From positions 4,176 to 68,175 of the forward strand of contig JANXCT010000003.1 of assembly GCA_025059875.1 (NCBI GenBank): DNA of 64,000 bases. Reading direction: 5' to 3'. The notes beneath the pieces were generated by a model. That model searched no databases, had not been told where the DNA came from, and was given only the letters and a program-made list of their open reading frames with translations. Of this stretch, positions 30,397-38,531 are shown piece after piece. Numbering within the stretch: the stretch's first letter is position 1; each line of letters starts with the position of its first letter. This DNA comes from Candidatus Kapaibacterium sp. GTDB lineage: Bacteria > Bacteroidota > Ignavibacteria > Kapaibacteriales > HRBIN21. A program made the translations under genes and the position numbers.

Positions 30397-31021
30397 GGCC
30401 AGCGGCAAAATTAGGCAAGCTCTCTTGCTCCTTCTGCTTGCGGGAAGCGTCGCTGCAGCCACCACTCCGCGGGACTCCCTACTCCGGCTGAACTCTGGCG
30501 GGCCTCGCTGGATCAGCGGTGAGGAGCTGCTCATGGCGCTCTACGGCTACGTGCTCACCCCTGTGTGGCTGGCTTTCGGGACGGCCTCGCTCGTCTCTCC
30601 GACTGTGCTTCTGGATGCATCGCGCCAGCAGTGGGGCTGGTCCATAGGGACCGGGGTTGGATGGAGTCCGGAGTCCACCGCTCAGCGCTTCTCGCTCCTC
30701 CGCCTCCAGGTAGATTACGAACGGCTGGGAGCCGCCCAGTTCAGCACGACGCTCCTGGCTGATTGGAACGCTGTGCCCATCTTTCTGCCCGAGCTCTTCC
30801 GCCTGGGAGGCAGCTTGGGGCTGGGCCAGAGCTGGCGTGCACCCGAACGCCGCCCGTACCTGCAGGCTGAGGCCTGGCTCCGGAACGCGATGGGGATTTG
30901 GTACATGGGCCTCTTCCCCCAGCACTCGCTGGGGCTGCGCCTGCGCTATTTCCCCGCCGTGTCTGCGCTACCCGCACGCTGGCAGCTCGCCCTCGGCTGG
31001 TGGGCTACCTTCGTGTGGTGA
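30377..31021 (+). CDS. Putative outer-membrane beta-barrel protein (hypothetical)
   Basis: Signal peptide 'KIRQALLLLLLAGSVAAA', alternating amphipathic strands, and a C-terminal aromatic 'ATFVW'. The exact start is uncertain (Met at 30377 or 30395). Confidence 0.45.
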   Translation: MSNAFSMASGKIRQALLLLLLAGSVAAATTPRDSLLRLNSGGPRWISGEELLMALYGYVLTPVWLAFGTASLVSPTVLLDASRQQWGWSIGTGVGWSPESTAQRFSLLRLQVDYERLGAAQFSTTLLADWNAVPIFLPELFRLGGSLGLGQSWRAPERRPYLQAEAWLRNAMGIWYMGLFPQHSLGLRLRYFPAVSALPARWQLALGWWATFVW

Positions 31022-31052
31022 AGCACCCCGCAACCCGCCGCTAGCCCTGGCG

Positions 31053-31060
31053 TATCTTTG
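31053..31060 (+). promoter_or_regulatory. -7 box TATCTTTG upstream of the RM gene
   Basis: Matches TAnnTTTG, 26 nt upstream of the ATG at 31087. Confidence 0.4.
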
Positions 31061-31086
31061 CGCTGCGTGCACCCTGCGCAGCCCCG

Positions 31087-34000
31087 ATGACCCCATTTGA
31101 CCAAGCACTATCCGACTACCTCAGCCGACTGGAGCAGCTACGCCACCAGGGAGCCAGCGAAGACAGCATCCGCCACGTGTTCCTGCACTTCCTGCAGACC
31201 GCCTTCCCGGAGCTCTCGGCCGCCCGGCCCATCCAGGTGGAGCAGCACGTGCCGGGCCTCTCCGTCCGCGGAGGCTTCGCCGACGCCATCTGCGGCGACC
31301 TCATCTTTGAGTTCAAGCGGAAGCTCGACGACCAGACCCGCTCCGATGGCCAGCAGCAGCTCCAGCGCTACCTGGCCGCACAGCCGCAGCCTGAGCACTG
31401 CGTCGGCATCCTCACTGACGGCCAGACCCTGGAGGTCTACGTCCTGCGGGACGGATAGCTCCAGGAGCTGGACCAGTTCCGACTCGACGCCGGCCGAGCC
31501 GATGAGTGCCGGCTGTGGCTGGATTGCTACCTCTTCCACGAGAAGCAGCTCCGTCCGACGGCCCGGGACATCGCCCTACGCTTCGGGGAGCGGAGCCCGA
31601 CCTTCCAGGGGAGCCTGCAGTTGCTAGACAAGGCATGGCAACGGCTCAAAGCGGATCCATCGGCGCAGACGGAGTACACCCAGTGGCAGAGCCTGCTCTC
31701 CATCGTCTACGGCAGCCCCATAGGCACCGAGCAGCTCTTCCTGCGCCACACGTACCTGGCCCTCTTCGCCCGCCTGCTGGCCTTCGTGGTGCTCCAACGC
31801 AGGGTCCCGCAGGATAGCGAGCTTGCGGGGCTACTCACCGGGCAGACGTTCGAGCAGCTCGGCCTCTACAACTTCGTCGCCGACGACTTCTTCTCCTGGA
31901 TTGACGACGCAACCGCCTCTCCCCTGCTCCGCTCCCTGGCAACCCGCCTGACGACCTCCTACGACCTCTCCGCCATCCGCGAGGACCTCCTGCAGGAGCT
32001 CTACCAGGAGCTCGTGGACCCGGCCACTCGGCATGACCTCGGGGAGTACTACACGCCCGACTGGCTTGCCGAGCTGACGCTGCGCGAAGCGGGCATCCTG
32101 CAGGCCCTTCCGTTCCAACCTCCCGACGACCGGCTCTTCCTGCTGGACCCCGCCTGCGGCTCCGGGACCTTCCTCTTCGTGGCCATCCGGCTGCTGCGGG
32201 AGTCGGGGCTCTGCGGAGCTGAGCTGGTGGACTTCTGCGTGCACTTCCTGGCGGGGATTGACGTCCACCCGCTGGCAGTTGCAATTGCCCGCACCAACTT
32301 CGTCCTGGCGCTGAGCCAGGATTTGAGGGAGTACAGCAGGGACCTGCACGTGCCCGTCTACATAGCCGACAGCCTCACCGTCTCCCACCGCCGCCAGCGC
32401 GTCATCTCCGTCCCTGTTGACGTCGACGACATCGCGCAGCTCTCCGGCAAGTGCGGGGAGTCCCTACCGAGGGAGTTCTCGCTGCCGGCCACGCTGAGCG
32501 AAGACCAGCTCAACGCTGCCATTGACGCCCTGCTGGGGTTTGCCGAGCCTTCCATCACCGACGTAGATGCGCAGCAGGGCTTCCACTCCCGGCTCCTCCA
32601 GCTCGGACTCCCACGTGGACAGTACTACCTGTGGCATGCAAACCTGCGCCTCATGCGCTGGCTCCTGGCCTCGCCCCCGACGGACACGGTCTGGGGCTTC
32701 GTGCTGAAGAACGCGTACCGCCCCAAGCTACTCGCCGCTCGGAAGTCCGCCCTCGTCGTGGGGAATCCGCCGTGGTTGGCCTACCGCTACATCCAGCGGC
32801 GCGACTACCAAGACAAGGTGCGCAGGCTGACCCTGCAGGACTACGGCCTGCTGCAGGGCTCCCAGGCCCACCTCTTCACCCAGATGGAGCTGGCGACGCT
32901 CTTCTTCGCCTTCTGCGCCGACCGCTACCTCGCCGACGGCGGCACCATCGCGTTCGTCATGCCCCGGAGCGTCCTGACCGGCACCAAGCAGCACGACGTC
33001 TTCCGCCAGCGGTTCGTAGCCACAGCGGCGCTCATCGTAGACTGCGAGCGGGTCAGCCCGCTCTTCAACGTCCCCTGCTGCGTGCTCGTATGGCGGAAGC
33101 ACTCCTCCGGAGCCCACGCACAGGGCATCCCTCTGCTGGTCCTGGAGGGCAAGCTGCCGGAGCGTAACGCACCGCTGCAGAGGGCGTTACGCATACTCCG
33201 GCGGTGGCAGGGATCCTACACCCTTCCCAGCACCGCTACGGCGAAGAGCTTCTACCACCCAAAGGTTACCCCGGGTGCTACAATAGTGCCCCGCTGCCTC
33301 TGGTTCGTACGCCCCCGGGCCGAAGCACTCGTCATCAGCCAGCAACGGCCACCGTTGGAGACCGACCCTACCGTAGAACCTCGGACCAAGCCGCCGTGGA
33401 AGGGCCGGCGGCTGCAGGGGAGGGTAGAGGCGGACTTCCTCTACGCAACGCTCCTCTCCGACGACATGCTGCCCTTCGGCTGGCGCCGCCTGGCGCTCGT
33501 CGTGCTCCCCATAGACGCCACCACCCGCCACCTCATCACTGCCCAGCAGGCCATCACGATGGGGGCAACGGGACTAGCCGACTGGCTGAAGCAGGCAGAG
33601 TCCATCTGGAACCGGCACAGGAAGTCACAGCTCGATCTGCTGGGCCGCCTCAATTGGCAGAACGACCTTACCGACCAGAGCCCTACGGGCGTGTACAAGC
33701 TGCTCTACAACACCAGCGGGACGTACCTCTGCGCATGCGTCGTGGACCCCAGCGATGCGAGCGTCCAGCAGGTCCATGGCCTGCCGGTGAAGGGCTTCTT
33801 CGGGCAGTACACGACCTATTTGTTTGAGACGCTCGATGGCGACGAGGCACATTACCTCTGCGCCATCCTCAACGCTCCGTGCGTGGACGCAGCCATCAAG
33901 CCGTTCCAGCCAAGAGGTGCCTTCGGTGCCCAGAGCGGGAAAGGAACTCCTTCCCATCCCGCGCTTCAACCCACAGGACCCGCTGCACGTGCAGCTAGCG

Positions 34001-34165
34001 GAGCTCAGCCGGCAGTGCCACGCGAAGGTGAAGCAGAGCGTTGCTGCGATGGACCAGGCGTTGCTGAAGCAGCCCATTGGCCGGCTGCGCCAGCGGATTC
34101 GGCAGCAGTTGCAGACCGAGCTGGAGCAGATTGACCACCTGGTGCAGCTCTTGGGGTTGCCGTAG
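31087..34165 (+). pseudogene. MmeI-family type IIG restriction-modification enzyme (N-terminal PD-ExK nuclease, gamma-class N6-adenine methyltransferase, then a target-recognition domain), disrupted by an in-frame TAG and a C-terminal frameshift
   Basis: The N-terminal 'RGGFADAICGDLIFEFKRK' aligns with the MmeI D-x9-E-x-K nuclease motif. Methyltransferase motifs are 'GEYYTP', 'LLDPACGSGTFL' (motif I) and 'VVGNPPW' (motif IV). Both segments are in frame 1 and are separated only by the TAG at 31456-31458. The true C-terminus '...KELLPIPRFNPQDPLHVQLAELSRQCH...LLGLP*' lies in the +1 frame from about 33938 and ends at 34165. Confidence 0.75.
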
Positions 34166-34264
34166 CGGAGTGGCTGCGCACTCGCCATCGGACGCACCTC
34201 GTATTTTCGCCCGCGGGACTTCGGCCGTACGTCCAACACTCCGCGGAGGCTTGCTCGAGTTCCG

Positions 34265-35566
34265 ATGTGTGCCCTCCTCGTACTGCTCTCCACGTTCTGC
34301 TGTGCGGCCCAGCAACTGATATGGCTGGGGCGGCTCCCCAACGGGGGCACGAGCGAGGCAATGGCTGTCTCCGACGACGGCACGGTCGTGGTCGGCCGAG
34401 CCGAGAACGTGAACTACCAGTGGCGGGCCTTCCGCTGGACGGCCTCGGGCGGGATGGTGTCGTTGGGGACCTTCGGGGGGAGCTTCAGCGAGGCATTGGG
34501 CGTGGCGGCGGATGGCTCTGCCGTCGTCGGCCGGGCCCAGGACACGCTCGGACGCTGGCGGGCCTTCCGCTGGGAGGCCTCCACGGGGATGCGTGACTTG
34601 GGGACGCTCGGCGGACGGGAGAGCGAGGCGGTAGCCATCTCGCCAGCAGGGGTTGTCGTCGGACGGGCTATGAACGGGAGCCTGCAGTTCCGTGCCTTCC
34701 GCTGGAGTACTACCTCCGGCATGCAGGAGCTGGGCACCCTCGGCGGGCTGGAGAGCGCAGCGCTGGCAATTGCCCGCGATAGCTTGGTGGTCGTCGGTTG
34801 GGCCGAGAACACTGACCGGCAACCGCGGGCCTTCCGCTGGACACCCTCCGGCGGGCTCCAGCCGCTCGGCACCCTCGGTGGAGCCCGTAGCGAAGCCTAC
34901 GATGTCTCTGCCGACGGCTCTGTCGTTGTGGGACGGGCCGAGAACAGCGACCGCCTCTGGCGGGCCTTTCGCTGGACGGCAGCAACCGGGATGCAGGAGC
35001 TGGGAACCCTAGGTGGTCGGGAGAGCGCTGCGCTGGCCGTCTCCGCCGATGGTTCCGTCGTGGTGGGCTGGGCTACCACCCCAACCGGAGACTGGCGGGC
35101 CTTCCGCTGGACATCGGCCACAGGGCTCCAAGACCTCAATGTGCTCTACGCGCGCGCCGTCGGACGCTCGCTGTTGTATGCAGCCCGTGACATCTCCGCC
35201 GACGGGCGGTACATCGTCGGCTACGGCATCAACGCCGCCACAGGGCGGCAAGAGGCCTATCTGCTGGACACCCAAGGCGCGAGCGATGCCGAGGAGTTAC
35301 CCCTCCGCCCGTCAGCGCTCAACGTGGAGCTGCAGCCGGTGGTTGGAGGGACGATAGGCTCCGCCTCGTACCAGCTACCTTCGGCTCTGTGGGTCTCGCT
35401 CAGCGTCGTGGACCTCCTCGGCCGCACTGTGGCATCGCTCGCCGAAGGTTGGCATTCTGCCGGCGTACACCGCGTCGCGCTCCCTCCGCTGCCAGCAGGG
35501 ACGTACATGCTACTCCTCCGCACAGAGCATGGGACACTCTCGCGCCCGTTCGTCGTACTGCGCTGA
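34265..35566 (+). CDS. HAF-repeat protein with a T9SS C-terminal sorting domain
   Basis: Six to seven tandem HAF units of about 43 aa ('RAFRWT..GM.DLGTLGG.ES.A.AVSADGSVVVG'). Signal peptide 'MCALLVLLSTFCCAAQQ'. C-terminal 'LSVVDLLGRTVASLAEG...GTYMLLLRTEHGTLSRPFVVLR'. Confidence 0.85.
   Translation: MCALLVLLSTFCCAAQQLIWLGRLPNGGTSEAMAVSDDGTVVVGRAENVNYQWRAFRWTASGGMVSLGTFGGSFSEALGVAADGSAVVGRAQDTLGRWRAFRWEASTGMRDLGTLGGRESEAVAISPAGVVVGRAMNGSLQFRAFRWSTTSGMQELGTLGGLESAALAIARDSLVVVGWAENTDRQPRAFRWTPSGGLQPLGTLGGARSEAYDVSADGSVVVGRAENSDRLWRAFRWTAATGMQELGTLGGRESAALAVSADGSVVVGWATTPTGDWRAFRWTSATGLQDLNVLYARAVGRSLLYAARDISADGRYIVGYGINAATGRQEAYLLDTQGASDAEELPLRPSALNVELQPVVGGTIGSASYQLPSALWVSLSVVDLLGRTVASLAEGWHSAGVHRVALPPLPAGTYMLLLRTEHGTLSRPFVVLR
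34340..35240 (+). repeat. Tandem DNA repeats of about 130 bp encoding the HAF units
   Basis: The periodicity is visible as recurring 'gccttccgctgga...ggcaccctcggcgg...' blocks. Spurious repeat-derived ORFs appear in several frames across this stretch. Confidence 0.7.
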
Positions 35567-35594
35567 GTCCACATAGCCTACGGGCTTTCCCCCA

Positions 35595-37775
35595 CTACGG
35601 GCTCTCCCCCACACGCCATCGGACGCCGACGTAGACCAGCCGTGCCTCCAGCGGTCCCCAGACCAAGGAGGCATCGAAGTAGGGCCCACGCGGATTCCCT
35701 GGGTCCACGACAGCCGAGTGTTGTAGGGCATTCGTCAGGTTCTCCACCCCAACGTAGAGGTCCCAGACTCCGAAGCGGCGCGTCACTTGCCCATTGACTC
35801 GGAAGACTGCGGGGAAGCGCTCTCCCCAGCGGAGGCTATCGGGATTGCCCGTCGCCGTCGGTAGCCGACCACCGCTGTTCCAGACGAGCGTTGCATCCAC
35901 CTGCCACTGGTGGCCTGCAATGGCATAGCTCACCGTTGCCAGCACCCGGTGGGGCGAGACCAAGGGACGGCGCCGCCACTGCCCGCCCGTCTGCGCCCAG
36001 GTATCCCACCAGCGGTAGGCCAGCCGGAGCTCGACTCCGGCCACCCTCCCCTCTGCCTGCAGCAGGAGCGAGTTCGCGTAAGCCTGACCAGCATTCTGCA
36101 GCAGCAGTCGGCGCGGGCTCCAGTCCAAGTCCGGCACCACTTGGTTCCGGAACTCCGTCCGGTATGCCTCTAAGTCCAGCGTCCACAGCCCTCCGACGGG
36201 CAACAGTAGGGTCAGCGAGCCGCCGTAGTTCCAGCCCCACTCCGGCGAGAGAGGCCCGAAGGTAACCTGGCGGGAGCTCAGGAAGAAGGGTAGGTTGTCC
36301 GCCACGACGTTCGGCACACGCATCCCTCGACCGCCAGAGAGGCGCACCGTTACGCCAGTCCAAGGCTGCCACTTGAGATAGGCCCGTGGTGTTAGGAATG
36401 CCCCGTACTGGCTATGCCAATCTGCCCGGAGCCCGGCCACTACCGTGAGGCCGGAACGGAGATAGAGCGTCGCCTCCAAGAAAGCCCCAGGAACGAGCTC
36501 GCGTCGGTTCCACGCCGTATCAGCGAACCGCTCATCGTAGGAGTCCACCAGCAAGTTTGCTCCGTAGCGTAGGCACGTCCCGTCCTCCCACTCGCTGACG
36601 AAGAGTGCGGCGAACGTTCCCATGGACTGCGTGCCCTTGTACGGATAGCGCCCCAGTGTCGCCCGCACCTGCTGCCCCACCAGCGCCGTCCGCACCCCGA
36701 ACTGAGTGATGTCGGAGAGCCTCTGGGTGCTCTTGCCCACAAGCTCACCTCGACGCCCGAGGATGTGGAGCAGATACGACCGCTCTGGGACTGCCGTCCG
36801 GAGCGTACCGCCATGGCGCTCATCCACCACGGCTTTCGCAAAGACCTGGAGCTCGGGCTCCTCCGAGTGCAATAGCCACACCATACCCCCGAGCTGCCGC
36901 GCCAAGGGCATGTCAATGAAGCCATCGCGGTTGACATCCCGCTCCCACCCTGACCATCGGCCGTTGAGGAAGCCCATACCCTGCCACGAACGAGATATTG
37001 TCCGGGTTGAGGCTAGATTTAGCTCAAGCCTTCCAGCAGAGCTGGCGAATAGGTTGGCGAAGAGCGGGGGGCTATCGTACGGCTTGCGGTAGTCGACGCA
37101 GACCGTTCCGGTAAGCCCCTCGTAGCCATCTGCAACAGACGTCGCTCCCTTGGAGATGGCAATCCCCTGCAGGAATGGCCCCGGGATGTACTCCCACTGG
37201 AACGGGAGCGAAAGCCCACGGAAGAGCGGCACCGCCTCCACGAGCGTCTGCACGTACACCCCGCTCAGGCCCAGCATCTGAATCTGCCGCAGCCCCGTCA
37301 GCGGGTCGGAGAAGGTGGCCTCCACCGTCGGGCTCTTCTCGAAGGATTCTGCCAGTGTACAGCAGGCAGACTGCTCCAATTGCTGAATGCTGATGAGCTC
37401 CGTCTTCACCGGTGCTGGAGCAATCGTCGGGGCTGCAGCCTCAACCGCGACTTCCCCGACCTCGTAGTCCGCTCTCAACACGATGACCAGCGGCCCCGTC
37501 ACCCCGGCAGGCAGGACGGTATCCCGGCTGCGGTACCCAACGGAGCTCACCCGCAGGGTGTCCACGCCATCCGGGCGCGGGAGGCGGAAGTGACCGTCGG
37601 AGTGCGTCAACACCCCAATCTCGCTCCTTACCCACTGCACGCGGGCTCCAGGCAGTGGGCAGCGGGTTCCATCGGGCTCTTCGCCGTAGACGATCCCTTC
37701 AACGTACGGCTGCGCCACCGCCGATAGCACAGCAAGCATAGCAGACCAGATGCCCACAACCATGAGGGCAAGCAT
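35595..37775 (-). CDS. TonB-dependent outer-membrane receptor (N-terminal carboxypeptidase-regulatory-like domain, plug and barrel)
   Basis: Signal peptide, 'VEGIVYGEE...GARVQWV' CarbopepD_reg-like domain, plug domain, and a 22-strand barrel ending in an aromatic residue. Confidence 0.85.
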   Translation of the reverse strand: MLALMVVGIWSAMLAVLSAVAQPYVEGIVYGEEPDGTRCPLPGARVQWVRSEIGVLTHSDGHFRLPRPDGVDTLRVSSVGYRSRDTVLPAGVTGPLVIVLRADYEVGEVAVEAAAPTIAPAPVKTELISIQQLEQSACCTLAESFEKSPTVEATFSDPLTGLRQIQMLGLSGVYVQTLVEAVPLFRGLSLPFQWEYIPGPFLQGIAISKGATSVADGYEGLTGTVCVDYRKPYDSPPLFANLFASSAGRLELNLASTRTISRSWQGMGFLNGRWSGWERDVNRDGFIDMPLARQLGGMVWLLHSEEPELQVFAKAVVDERHGGTLRTAVPERSYLLHILGRRGELVGKSTQRLSDITQFGVRTALVGQQVRATLGRYPYKGTQSMGTFAALFVSEWEDGTCLRYGANLLVDSYDERFADTAWNRRELVPGAFLEATLYLRSGLTVVAGLRADWHSQYGAFLTPRAYLKWQPWTGVTVRLSGGRGMRVPNVVADNLPFFLSSRQVTFGPLSPEWGWNYGGSLTLLLPVGGLWTLDLEAYRTEFRNQVVPDLDWSPRRLLLQNAGQAYANSLLLQAEGRVAGVELRLAYRWWDTWAQTGGQWRRRPLVSPHRVLATVSYAIAGHQWQVDATLVWNSGGRLPTATGNPDSLRWGERFPAVFRVNGQVTRRFGVWDLYVGVENLTNALQHSAVVDPGNPRGPYFDASLVWGPLEARLVYVGVRWRVGESP

Positions 37776-37890
37776 TGTCTCCTCCAGCGTTTGTGGAACA
37801 CGCTACTGCGCAGCACGGAACGGGTGCTGTAACCTGTACACGCAGCCCCGTAGGGAGGACGCCCCTACAGACCCACTCCCGCTGGAGGCT

Positions 37891-38370
37891 TCAACACCGG
37901 AGGATACAGAGTGCCGTGAGGTCTGGTGAAGGCTGGTGGTGCGTTCCTCTCAGAGAGGTCCGAGTTTGCCAGCTCCAGAGGATAGGAAGGGCCAGCTTCA
38001 GGTGGCCAACGATAGCGGTCGGCAGCACGAGCCCCTCTTTCCCTTTCTCCGGAAGCCCCTGCGGAATGAGCTCAGTGATGCTCTCGTAACAGTGCCCGTC
38101 AAAACAGCATGGCGGCAGCTCATCCGAGGCCGGCTCGGAGCAGTCTTCTGCAGCGACACAGCAGCTAGCCTCCTCTTCCGCTGACGGCATTGCCTGGATG
38201 TGGAGGGACGAGAGCGTGCAGGGCTCCGTCAGGCACAAGCGGGAACAGAGGATGAGCGGCAACACGAGAGTCACGCTGCCGTAGAGGCCCAGGAGGATAC
38301 CGCTGAGCGCTCGGTACCGATGTCGGAGCGTCCATCTCATCGCAAGCTGAGGTGACGATGCCGATACCAC
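37891..38370 (-). CDS. Hypothetical small membrane protein with a Cys-rich motif
   Basis: One TM helix 'ILLGLYGSVTLVLPLILC', then 'CCVAAEDCSEPASDELPPCCFDGHCYES'. GC3 bias is consistent with coding in the first ~100 codons, and it is co-oriented upstream of the TonB receptor. The start is uncertain. Confidence 0.35.
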   Translation of the reverse strand: MVSASSPQLAMRWTLRHRYRALSGILLGLYGSVTLVLPLILCSRLCLTEPCTLSSLHIQAMPSAEEEASCCVAAEDCSEPASDELPPCCFDGHCYESITELIPQGLPEKGKEGLVLPTAIVGHLKLALPILWSWQTRTSLRGTHHQPSPDLTALCILRC

Positions 38371-38487
38371 GATATTGCTCGATTCGCCCCTACCGCGCCC
38401 ACTTCCTAGGGAGCACTCCGCTCAAGGAAGGCTCCCCTAGAGCTCCGTCCTCGCACCCCTGCCAAATCGCTAGCATGCTGGAAGTGG

Positions 38488-38511
38488 CGGGTTTGTATTT
38501 TTGCTGACCGG
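38488..38511 (+). promoter_or_regulatory. -7 box TATTTTTG followed directly by the palindrome CTGACCGGCTGGTCAG
   Basis: Matches TAnnTTTG at 38488-38495. The 16-nt palindrome at 38496-38511 overlaps the predicted transcription start (TSS), upstream of the PNPOx-MenA fusion gene. Confidence 0.4.
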
Positions 38512-38531
38512 CTGGTCAGTCGAACCATGCT

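Noticed and set aside
31506-31817. Separate small ORF between the two RM gene segments
   Set aside because: It is an off-frame artefact. The frame-1 sequence is continuous through the TAG, so there is no independent gene.
37776-38100. Possible cobalamin riboswitch upstream of the TonB-dependent receptor
   Set aside because: I read both strands and found no B12 box (GCCACTG core), and no GGUGnAAnUCC element in the correct arrangement. Only loose partial matches were present.
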